DNA from: Chthoniobacteraceae bacterium
Lineage (GTDB): Bacteria > Verrucomicrobiota > Verrucomicrobiia > Chthoniobacterales > Chthoniobacteraceae
Direction of reading: 5' to 3'
Assembly: GCA_031409655.1 (NCBI GenBank)
Contig: JANNXQ010000294.1
Coordinates: 1 to 24,445 of the forward strand
Length of the DNA stretch: 24,445 nt
Under the pieces are notes generated by a model, which did not search any database, had not been told where the DNA came from, and was given only the letters and a program-made list of their open reading frames with translations. Made by a program: the position numbers and the translations under genes. Position 1 is the first letter of the stretch, and each line of letters opens with the position of its first letter. This document shows positions 7,517-15,976 of the stretch, piece by piece.

Positions 7517-10500
7517 CTATCTCTGGATGGTGTAGTCGGCGGAGGTGAGGATCAGGTGCAGGATGCTCCGGATACGGTCGCGTTTGTGGGTGTCGGTGGG
7601 CGTGGTGTTATTGTAACCGACGTTTTGAATCCGGGCACTGGTCAGATTCAGCCCCGCGACGCTGGTGCAACTCACGGGGATGGTGAAGGTGTTGGCACCG
7701 GTGACGGCGACGGCATAGGCCGCATTGATCGTCGGCGTGAAAGTCCCGCCGCTCACCCCGCTGATCATGACTGTGTAGCCCGTCTGCAGATTGTGCGGCG
7801 CAGACGTTGTGATCGTGCAGGGATTGGCCAGGGAAATGGCGCTGACAATCCGCTCATAACTGATGAAATTTTGCATGATCGCCTTGCCGCCCGGCGGAAT
7901 CTGGCCGCCGGTGAGGAGCAGGTTCAGTTTATCGATCAGGACGCTCAGATTTTCGTTGTTCGTCCAGGGCTTCGCGGGGTTGGCACCAGCACCGAGACCG
8001 AGATCCGTCGCATTTCCCATCCACGGACCGAGGTCCATGACCAGCGCATTACTGCCCGACCGGAAGCTGCTCAGGCCATTGGTATTCGAGGGATTGAAGA
8101 CGCCGTTGTAGAAGAAGTTCGCCTGGCGGACGACGTTGGTATCCGAGGTGTCCTCAAACTCCGGCGTGGTCAGGCCCTGGGACGCCAGCGTGCCGGGGAA
8201 TTTGTAGTCGGGCAGGAAGTAGTTGAAGACCGTCGGGGCATTGAGCGGCGACTGGGAAACGTCGGCCTCGGTCGAACCGAGGGCATAGGTGCTCGCGCGC
8301 ACGGCAAGGTTGCCATTGCGGACGAGGGAAAGCGGCGGATGCGGGAAGACATACACGGTGTTTTCCTGCTGGTTACTCAGGAGGGTGCCGGCGGAGGGGG
8401 CAAGGACCGTGAAGGTATCCTGATCGACAATGGTATTCACGACGTATTCGGCATCGACAGGCACGGGATTGCCCACGCTGTAGTTGACGGAGACCCGATC
8501 GCCCACCGCGAGGTTGTGCCAGCGGAAGAGATTAAAGGTGACCCGCTTGTCGTTGGGTGCGGCAACGCCGGAGTTGGTCACCACATAAGATCCGGTGGAG
8601 CGCTGGGCCATGATGTTGCCCGAACGCTCCGTGGCCGGAGCGGGCCCGGCCGCCTCGAAGGTGAACGAGTTGGTCGAGCCCGAGTAATAACTGGTGACCG
8701 ACTGGAGGCCATCGAGCAAACCGATGCCGGGACCGGTGAGGCACTTCAGGTAAATGCGCAGACCGTAGTCGATCCAGTGGTTGCTCAGGTACACCGTGAC
8801 GGTGGTCGAACCAGCAAGTTGCCGGTAAGTGCCGCTGCTCCCCACGGTGATCGGAGTGGTATTAGCGGCCCCGATCCATTCGGCGAGCGGCACCGTGTAA
8901 GTATTGTTACCCGTCACCGTCGCGGCGTGGACCCCTGGCGTCGGCAGCGGTGTTCCCGTCGAGTAGTCGAGGAACACGCTGTTATTGCTCACGAGACGAT
9001 GCGGGATGCTGGTTGTGACACTGATCGTCCGGGTGCCATTCTGCGACCAGGTGCCGGTGTAAGGCTCGGTGCGGAAAGCGCGGGCCGCTGCCGCGACACG
9101 CATCACCGCTTCGCGCTGTTTGCCGAAAGCGGGCTTCGCAGAGGACTCGGGACTGCGCGCCTCGTAGTCGAGCAGGATGGCCTTCACGACGGCCTGCAGG
9201 TCGCCGCGCACGCCGGCCCCGTTGTCGTTGAACTTCTGCACCACGCGGTAGAGGTAATCGCGCGACGGATGACTCGTCACGAGCCGCTGAATGAGCAGCC
9301 GGCAGATGTAGGGGCCAGTGTTCGGATGCTGGTAAAGTTGGTCGTGGATCGCGTCCAGTTCCTGCGCGACGAGCGCCTGGTAAGCGGGGTCGTTGTATTG
9401 CGAAGCGACATGGGTGGCGTGCGGATCGAGCGGCGCGCCGCCGACCATGGCCAGACCGGGCAGCACTTCGTTGTTCAGGATGCGCTTCGGTCCGGTAAAG
9501 TGCCGGGCGGGCACGGCCCTCATCTGCCGCATCCAATTGGTCGAAGCACTGAAGGTGGAGCGCGGCGCGACGTCATCGTAACCGTAATCCCAGCCGGTAA
9601 AGACGTGGGCGACACCGACGATTTCATCCTGGCCGTAGGTGGGCACGAGTTGATCCTTGGAGTTTAACTGGAGGGCACCGTCCGGCCAGGTCCGGAAAAG
9701 GCCGATCGAGAAGAGCTGCATGATCTCGCGGGCATAGTTTTCGTTCGGGATGCGCCCGATGGACTTATCCGGCTTTTCGTTGCGTAATGCATCGAGATAG
9801 CGGCCCATGCCCGGTGCGAGGCTGACCGTTTCGAGAAGGTCGCGGAAATTGCCGAAGGCGTTTTCCGCCAGCTTGTCGTAGTAGTAGGAAACCGCTGGGG
9901 AATTGTCATTGAGCGGACCCTGGTGGGAGACGACCATGATTTCGCTGAGCGCGAAGGCGAGGCGCTGGCGCAATTGATCCTGGCCGGAGATCGAGTTCAG
10001 CCACCAGGCATTGTAAGTGAGCGACTCGTCGAAGGGGTTGTTATAATTCGAGAGGGCGCGAGCGAGCACGTCGGGCAACTGCAGGCTGGCCGGCTTGGTG
10101 AACTGATCCTCGATCCATAACTCGTAGCGGGTCTTGCCCCCCGATGGCGCGATGGCTTTCAGCGCGACGATGTCAGCGGGACTCGGTCCGTAGGTCGCCT
10201 GGGTGAGGAAGCGCGCGGCGCCGGCGTCGGTGTCGCTGTCATCGGCCCAGGCCGAAGGCGCGGGCGGCGGAGTGAAGGTGCGGGAGCCGCCGGCGGCAGT
10301 GTAATTGCCGCGGATTTCGCCATTGGGATACGCCACGGTGTGCAGGTTGATGTAAGTCTTCCCCTGCCGGATCGCTTCGCGAATCTCGGCCACGGAGAGG
10401 GTGCCGCGCGCGGTGATCGTCCACTTGTAAGTGCCGTCCGGCTGGAGGCCATCGCCCGGAGTCTCTGGCGTGTCGATGTCGAAGACGATGGTGCTCCCGT

Positions 10501-13500
10501 GCTGGAGGAAGGGATCGGTGTGAATGTGCTGCGAGACGATGGGGCCAGTCAGACCGACATACTCATAAGTCATGTAAGCGACCGTCTCGTCGTCGCTCAC
10601 GCGGAGGGTCGAGGTGCCGCGACCGGAAGTGGCGGCGCCAACTTGCGAGAGCATGGTGGCGACGTAGAGCGTGCCGGGCGCGGAGGTGGTCGAGGGCGGC
10701 ACGTAGTTCGAAAGCGCATAGCCGGGCACCACCTCGCTCGGGTTGCTGGAGGCTTCGCCGGGCTTGGCCCAGCCGACGGCGACGCGGTCGCCGGAACCCG
10801 TGCCGGCCTTGTGCAATACTTCGAGATAGTAGCGCCGTCCGCCTTCGAGCGCGAGCCACGCGGATTTCTGGTTCGGCTCGGCATTCCACCCGAGGCCCGC
10901 CGCGCCCGAGAGGACCGAGGCGCGCTTGATCTTGTTGATGGGTTCGTCGTCGTTGGAGATCCAGAGTTCGGCGGTGTCGCTGCCGGTGATCCAGAAGTAG
11001 TAATTGCCGCTCACTGGCGCGGTCAGATAACCGCGGATGCGCACGCCGTAGTCTTCGCCAAAGTCCGTCGGCCCTTCGAGACTGCTGAGCGCGGAGGTGC
11101 CGGTCGGTGCGGTGCCCACGGGGATGGAGGCGATGCTGGTGTCCGCGAGACCATTCCAATGCTCGCGGGTAATCGTCCGACCAGTATCGGCAACACTCAC
11201 ATTGAGGAGCGATTGGGAACTGCCGGCAGCATTCGTCGAAGTGATGACGATCTGGTAAGTCCCTTCCGAACCCACCGGCGGGGTGCCGCTGATGACGCCG
11301 CCCGAATAGGCGAGCCATGCGGGCAGCCCGGTCACGGAAATCGCGGAGCCATTGCTGCCCCGGACTTGGTAACTAAACGGCCCGCCGACCAGCGCGCTGG
11401 CCGTAGTCGGGCTCATGACCATCGCAGGCGCCGCGGTCACGGTGGTCGGGTAGAGCCGGCCTTGCGGGATGATCTGCCGGGACTGGCTGGAGCAGTACCA
11501 ATAGAGGCGGCAGGTCGCGGTGCCGGTGGCCTCGTAGAAGTCGAGTTGCAGGTCGTATCGCTGCCCGGCGACGAGCGAAATGCGGGCGTAGCGATCGACG
11601 GTCGTCGCATTCGTGGGCCAATCGATGACCACATTGGTATCCGCGCGGAGCAGGGTGAGCGGCTGGCCATTGACCCAGAGCCGGGCACTGTCGTCGCAGT
11701 TCACCACGAAGGTGTACTCATCGCTGTATTGCGGCTGCACCTGGCCGGTCCAGCGCACCGAGAAGGTATCCGGCTGCATCGCGGGATCGACGGGAGTGCC
11801 CGCGCCGAAGTCGTAGGTGATGGCGCTCTCGACGGCGGAGTGCGAGGAAGGCTCGGTGAGCGTCGTGTTCTGGTAGTATGTAGCGAGGTAACCCGCCGCC
11901 GTGCCCACGGCTTCGCGGAAGATATTCGCTGCCGGGATGGCGACAAAGACGGTGGCATTGGCCGGCAGCCAGCGCAGCCGGGTCACGGCTTCCGCCGTGG
12001 CGTCGTAGAACTCGACGCGGAGGGCATACCGGGAGCCGGCGGTAAGGGCGATCGGCGCGCTGGCCAGCGGAATGGCGGCGGAGGAATTCGCGGTCCAGGC
12101 GTCGATGATCAGGTTGCCATCGAGATAAACGCGTGCGCCATCGCTGGCCTGGATGTCGAGGCTGTGATTTCCAGTAACCGTCGGTGCGAGGTAACCCTCC
12201 CACTTGGCCGAGTAGTTAGTCCCGACGAGGGCGAACGATGGCTGGCCGGAACTCCAGTTGAGCGTCACCGTTCCAGCCGTGTTCAGACCGGTCGGATGAT
12301 CGGTGAACGCGGTCACGCCCGTCTGGGTGGCGTTGCGCCAGTAGTTGGCCGTCAAGCCAGGAATGGTCGCGGCGGCGTCCTGGAAAAGATTGGCTGCCGG
12401 GATCTGGGTATAAGTGCCGGCGCCGGGGAGTTTCCAATTGGCGTTCAGGACGGCGCTGCCATTCAACTCATAATACTCAACGCGAACCGGGACGGCGACG
12501 CCAGCGGTGAGGGCGACGGTGCCGCTCACCATTGCTGTCGCCGCGGAACCCGGCGTCCAGGCATCAAGGACCAGGACATTGTTCACGTAGAGGCGCGCTC
12601 CATCATCGGCCTGGAGGTTGAAGTTGTAGTTGCCGGTCGTCGTCGGGCGGAGCCAGCCGTCGATCCGGGCCGACCAGTTATCGTTGACGACCGTGCCGAG
12701 ATTGGCCGCGACGGGCATCCCGGCCACGTAGTCGTAAGTGATGGAATTAGTCGCCGTGTCCTGCACCGAGTAGTGCGGCTTCCCCGTGCCAGTGGCATTG
12801 CTGTAATAAGTAGCCCAGTAACCCGTGGTCGCGACCAGCGGATCGGCCACGCGGAAGATCACGGAAACGGGGACCGGGACAAAGGTGGTCGCGCTCGGTG
12901 TCTTGTAGCGGACCTTGATCAAGGCATTGCCGGTGGTGTCGGAGTATTCGACGCGGATGGGGTAGCGCAGGCCAGTGGTCAGCGCGATCGGCGCGCTCAC
13001 GAGCGGCGTGGTGGTTGAGGAACCGGCCGTCGAGGCGTCGATGATGAGGACGTCATCGAGAAAGACGCGCGCCGACTCATCGGCCTGCACATCGAAGGTG
13101 AAGTTGCCGGTCGCGGAAGCACGGAAGTATCCCTCCCACTTGGCTGAGAAGTTATCCACCGAAGGCAGCGTGCCCGTGGGCTGTCCAGCGCCCCAGTTGA
13201 GGTTGATCGCCGTCGGATAGTCGGCAAAGCGCGGCAGGCCAAAGTAAGCCGTGTTTGCCCAGTAAAGTCCGGTCCACCCGTTGGTGGTCACGGCGGCGTC
13301 GAGGAAGACATTGGCGCCGGGAATCGCCACCGGCAACCCGGAGCCGGGGGTGATCCAGCGCAGCGACACCGAGGCGCTCCCGGTCATGTCATAGTATTCC
13401 ACCCGGATCGGCACGGCCACGTCCGCAGTGAGGCTGACGGCAGCGCTGGCCATCGGCGTGCTCGTGGCTGTACCCGCCACCCAGGCATCGATCACGAGGA

Positions 13501-14719
13501 CATTATTTACATAAACCCGCGCGCCGTCATCCGCCTGAATGTCAAAGGTGTGGTCGCCAGTGGCCGAAGGCACGAGGAAGCCATCGAAACGCGCGGCCCA
13601 GTTTTCATTAGCCGCCGTGCCGAGGGTGCTGGCGGTGGGCACCCCGGTATTCCAGATAAAGTCCACCGTGGGATCGACCCTTGTGGCCTTGATCTGGGCG
13701 GGGTTAAAGTTATCTGGGTGAGTGTAAGTGGCGTTGCTGGTGTCGTAGTAACGTCCCGTGAGCCCGGTGCCGCCGGGAGTCGTGGCATCCGTGATGAGCA
13801 CGGAACTGCTCGCCGGACCGCTCAAGGTGTAGCTGGGTGCCGCCGATGGGGTGATCGTGACCACTTCGCCCCCCTCCGCAATCGCGTCGGGGACCGGCGT
13901 GACATGGAGCGCCACAGAGTTCACCGCGAGAGGTAGCGTCACCGCTGCCGGCAAGGCCGTGTAGTCTGCACCCGGGGTGGCGCTGCCCGCGACGGCGATG
14001 GGAATCGTGAGCGCCTCGAGACCGCCCGTGCGCCGGACCATGATGACGCCCGGCTTGGCCCCATCTTCCGCCGCCGTCGGTTCTTCCGGCGTGACCGTCA
14101 CGACACTCGATAGATTAATCGCCGCGAGCAGCGCCGCCGCATCGCCAGGTCCGCCCGGCCCGCCGGTGTAAGCCGACGCCGGATTGTAGTGGAAGACCTG
14201 CTCCGCGTAGTCGCCCACGGTATCCCCATCGGTGTCGTAGTCCTGCACCAGCACGCGGTAAAACATGTTCGCTTCCTTTGGCACATCGACCGTCCGCGGA
14301 TCGCCGTCGCCGATCAGCAGCGCAGTGGCGATCGCGGTCCAGTTCGCGTTCGAGAGGCTGGCGTTCTTTTGCACGAGATACTGCTTTCCGAGCACCGTCG
14401 GAAAACTCACCTGCGTGACATTGCCGCTGATCGCGAGTCCCGAGATCGCGATCATCGAAGAATCTTGGAAAGGATGCGTCCCCGCCGCGCACTCATCGCC
14501 GTTGCTCTCGCCGTCCATATCCGCGTCCTGGCCCAGCCACACGGGATCGGCCATCTGCGCCGCCAGAACGCCGTAGCTCATGCGCCAGGCGGTCTGGGTG
14601 ATCGAATTATCGATGGCCGCCGGGAGCGTCGCAGCGAAACACCACGCGAAAAAAGCGAACCAGCCGGCTGCGGGCACACGGGCCAGGCGGCGGAGAGGAC
14701 GAGGGGTGAGATTCTTCAT
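7517..14719 (-). CDS. Giant secreted DUF1800 family protein with DxDxDG motifs, Calx-beta, six PA14, putative Ig and CHRD domains
   Basis: N-terminal signal; Calx-beta-like GSATPGADY...DAIAEGGEVVTIT; PA14 cores (e.g. QADDGARVYVNN...IRVEYY); Ig-like GLPAWL...ISGTP; CHRD-like SQHIH...YINLHTVAYPNGEIRG; DUF1800 motifs AARFLTQATYG, DQLRQRLAFALSEIMVVS, PNENYAREIMQLFSIGL, LIQRLVTSHPS. Confidence 0.92.
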   Translation of the reverse strand: MKNLTPRPLRRLARVPAAGWFAFFAWCFAATLPAAIDNSITQTAWRMSYGVLAAQMADPVWLGQDADMDGESNGDECAAGTHPFQDSSMIAISGLAISGNVTQVSFPTVLGKQYLVQKNASLSNANWTAIATALLIGDGDPRTVDVPKEANMFYRVLVQDYDTDGDTVGDYAEQVFHYNPASAYTGGPGGPGDAAALLAAINLSSVVTVTPEEPTAAEDGAKPGVIMVRRTGGLEALTIPIAVAGSATPGADYTALPAAVTLPLAVNSVALHVTPVPDAIAEGGEVVTITPSAAPSYTLSGPASSSVLITDATTPGGTGLTGRYYDTSNATYTHPDNFNPAQIKATRVDPTVDFIWNTGVPTASTLGTAANENWAARFDGFLVPSATGDHTFDIQADDGARVYVNNVLVIDAWVAGTATSTPMASAAVSLTADVAVPIRVEYYDMTGSASVSLRWITPGSGLPVAIPGANVFLDAAVTTNGWTGLYWANTAYFGLPRFADYPTAINLNWGAGQPTGTLPSVDNFSAKWEGYFRASATGNFTFDVQADESARVFLDDVLIIDASTAGSSTTTPLVSAPIALTTGLRYPIRVEYSDTTGNALIKVRYKTPSATTFVPVPVSVIFRVADPLVATTGYWATYYSNATGTGKPHYSVQDTATNSITYDYVAGMPVAANLGTVVNDNWSARIDGWLRPTTTGNYNFNLQADDGARLYVNNVLVLDAWTPGSAATAMVSGTVALTAGVAVPVRVEYYELNGSAVLNANWKLPGAGTYTQIPAANLFQDAAATIPGLTANYWRNATQTGVTAFTDHPTGLNTAGTVTLNWSSGQPSFALVGTNYSAKWEGYLAPTVTGNHSLDIQASDGARVYLDGNLIIDAWTANSSAAIPLASAPIALTAGSRYALRVEFYDATAEAVTRLRWLPANATVFVAIPAANIFREAVGTAAGYLATYYQNTTLTEPSSHSAVESAITYDFGAGTPVDPAMQPDTFSVRWTGQVQPQYSDEYTFVVNCDDSARLWVNGQPLTLLRADTNVVIDWPTNATTVDRYARISLVAGQRYDLQLDFYEATGTATCRLYWYCSSQSRQIIPQGRLYPTTVTAAPAMVMSPTTASALVGGPFSYQVRGSNGSAISVTGLPAWLAYSGGVISGTPPVGSEGTYQIVITSTNAAGSSQSLLNVSVADTGRTITREHWNGLADTSIASIPVGTAPTGTSALSSLEGPTDFGEDYGVRIRGYLTAPVSGNYYFWITGSDTAELWISNDDEPINKIKRASVLSGAAGLGWNAEPNQKSAWLALEGGRRYYLEVLHKAGTGSGDRVAVGWAKPGEASSNPSEVVPGYALSNYVPPSTTSAPGTLYVATMLSQVGAATSGRGTSTLRVSDDETVAYMTYEYVGLTGPIVSQHIHTDPFLQHGSTIVFDIDTPETPGDGLQPDGTYKWTITARGTLSVAEIREAIRQGKTYINLHTVAYPNGEIRGNYTAAGGSRTFTPPPAPSAWADDSDTDAGAARFLTQATYGPSPADIVALKAIAPSGGKTRYELWIEDQFTKPASLQLPDVLARALSNYNNPFDESLTYNAWWLNSISGQDQLRQRLAFALSEIMVVSHQGPLNDNSPAVSYYYDKLAENAFGNFRDLLETVSLAPGMGRYLDALRNEKPDKSIGRIPNENYAREIMQLFSIGLFRTWPDGALQLNSKDQLVPTYGQDEIVGVAHVFTGWDYGYDDVAPRSTFSASTNWMRQMRAVPARHFTGPKRILNNEVLPGLAMVGGAPLDPHATHVASQYNDPAYQALVAQELDAIHDQLYQHPNTGPYICRLLIQRLVTSHPSRDYLYRVVQKFNDNGAGVRGDLQAVVKAILLDYEARSPESSAKPAFGKQREAVMRVAAAARAFRTEPYTGTWSQNGTRTISVTTSIPHRLVSNNSVFLDYSTGTPLPTPGVHAATVTGNNTYTVPLAEWIGAANTTPITVGSSGTYRQLAGSTTVTVYLSNHWIDYGLRIYLKCLTGPGIGLLDGLQSVTSYYSGSTNSFTFEAAGPAPATERSGNIMAQRSTGSYVVTNSGVAAPNDKRVTFNLFRWHNLAVGDRVSVNYSVGNPVPVDAEYVVNTIVDQDTFTVLAPSAGTLLSNQQENTVYVFPHPPLSLVRNGNLAVRASTYALGSTEADVSQSPLNAPTVFNYFLPDYKFPGTLASQGLTTPEFEDTSDTNVVRQANFFYNGVFNPSNTNGLSSFRSGSNALVMDLGPWMGNATDLGLGAGANPAKPWTNNENLSVLIDKLNLLLTGGQIPPGGKAIMQNFISYERIVSAISLANPCTITTSAPHNLQTGYTVMISGVSGGTFTPTINAAYAVAVTGANTFTIPVSCTSVAGLNLTSARIQNVGYNNTTPTDTHKRDRIRSILHLILTSADYTIQR
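11450..13771 (-). repeat. Five tandem PA14 domains (a sixth lies at ~10710-11175)
   Basis: Repeating G-x-x-x-x-Y-[YW] ... [DE]G[FWY]-x-x-[PA] ... QADDGAR ... RVE[YF][YS] ... IP pattern in the translation. Confidence 0.85.
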
Positions 14720-14900
14720 GATGGCGGGAGAATGGCAGAAGGGAACTCAGTCTGGTGGGCGGAATCTGGTTGGATGCGGAAGGGCCGGCCCCATGTTTGC
14801 GCCAAGCCGATGACGGGCTGACGCTTGCGGAAGCGGCAGAAACCGAACGGTCCGCGCAAGAGTTTCGGGGGAAAGCCTTCACCGGATGTACACCGGCAAA

Positions 14901-14928
14901 CCGGATGCGCCATTAGAAAAGCATCCGG
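14901..14928. repeat. Inverted repeat CCGGATGC-N12-GCATCCGG in the DUF1800 upstream region
   Basis: Perfect 8-bp arms at 14901-14908 and 14921-14928. ACCGGATG also occurs as a direct repeat at 14881 and 14900. Confidence 0.5.
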
Positions 14929-15109
14929 GATTGAAAAACTCAATCTGCGTAAAACTTGCCGAACTCCATCAAACCTCCGCCCTTCGCAGGTAGCATAATC
15001 AAGCCATCCGCCCACACCAGGAGCGGTCTCGCGAGACGCAGCGCGAAAGTGGCGCTGGCAGCGATGAGTTTGGGCTTCGGCGGCACGTCGGGAGATTCGG
15101 TCGCGCTCG

Positions 15110-15976
15110 CTAGAATCCCGGGTTATTTGGGAAAAGCGGGAGGGTCATTCTCACCGAGCCGTGGCCGTCGGCTTTCATCGTCACCTCGGGGCGCAGGCCG
15201 CCGCCGAGGCTGAGGATGCCGGGGAGCAGCGGGAGCTGCGCGTGCGGCGCGGGGAGCAGCGGTCGGAGGCGCGCGGCGAGGTCGGTCATCGTGGCGTCGC
15301 GGCGACGGTCCCATTCGGCGGGTTCGTTTTCGGGACGGAAGGTGGCCGTGAGTTTCTGGTCCGTGATCCGCGCGAATTCAGTCTCGAGAAAAGCGGTCGC
15401 GCGCTGCGTCGCGGCGGCGTCGAGGCCGAGCACGTCGCGCAAGGTGGCGGCCAGGAAGCGGGCAATTTCGCGCGGTTCATTTTCCATCGCCCGCATTTCA
15501 CTTTGCTGGCCGAAGAACTCGCTCAACGCCGCTTGCTCCTCAATCGACGGGGTCGTCGGCGTTGCTCCACGCTGCGGTTTGGCTGCCTCCCGCGAGAGGA
15601 AGGTCACGGCCTTCGCGGCGCGCTGCCCCATCTGCTCGATGCGCCCGAAGGAGACGACCACTTCGCCGTCGCTCGCCGGCAGGTGCTTTTCGAGTTCGGC
15701 GATTTTCGCTTCGGCAGCCTCGCGGGCGGCGATTTCGCGCTGCGTCTCAGCATGCAAATCTTCGAGGCGCAGAGCCTCCGGCGGCCGATCCTCCGGCAGC
15801 CCGGGATCGGAAGGCCGCGCGGCGGGCGGTGCGTCGGCCCCGCGCGCTCCGGCTTTGGCGCGGCGCAGGCTTTCGTTCTCGCTCCGCAGGCGCCAGCCGC
15901 TGTGAGCGAGCCACGCGACGATCGCCAGCGTCACTGGCCACAGCCAGAATGGACCGGAAGCGCGGGTGGATTTCAT
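15110..15976 (-). CDS. Membrane-anchored hypothetical protein, paralog of the C-terminal extension of the upstream ECF sigma factor
   Basis: N-terminal TM (FWLWPVTLAIVAWLA), coiled-coil-like segment, then EVVVSFGRIE...MENEPREIARF...GLDAA...RP...W. ATGA overlap with the upstream gene. Confidence 0.85.
   Translation of the reverse strand: MKSTRASGPFWLWPVTLAIVAWLAHSGWRLRSENESLRRAKAGARGADAPPAARPSDPGLPEDRPPEALRLEDLHAETQREIAAREAAEAKIAELEKHLPASDGEVVVSFGRIEQMGQRAAKAVTFLSREAAKPQRGATPTTPSIEEQAALSEFFGQQSEMRAMENEPREIARFLAATLRDVLGLDAAATQRATAFLETEFARITDQKLTATFRPENEPAEWDRRRDATMTDLAARLRPLLPAPHAQLPLLPGILSLGGGLRPEVTMKADGHGSVRMTLPLFPNNPGF

Noticed and set aside
6830..13018. Long plus-strand ORFs 6830..9667 (945 aa) and 10340..13018 (892 aa)
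   Set aside because: They are antisense shadows of the GC-rich DUF1501/DUF1800 genes, with no recognisable motifs.
14895..14940. GGCAAACC-stem-GGGA resembling a c-di-GMP-I (GEMM) riboswitch
   Set aside because: It lacks the following CGCAAAGC element and second stem, and it is on the wrong strand for the adjacent operon.
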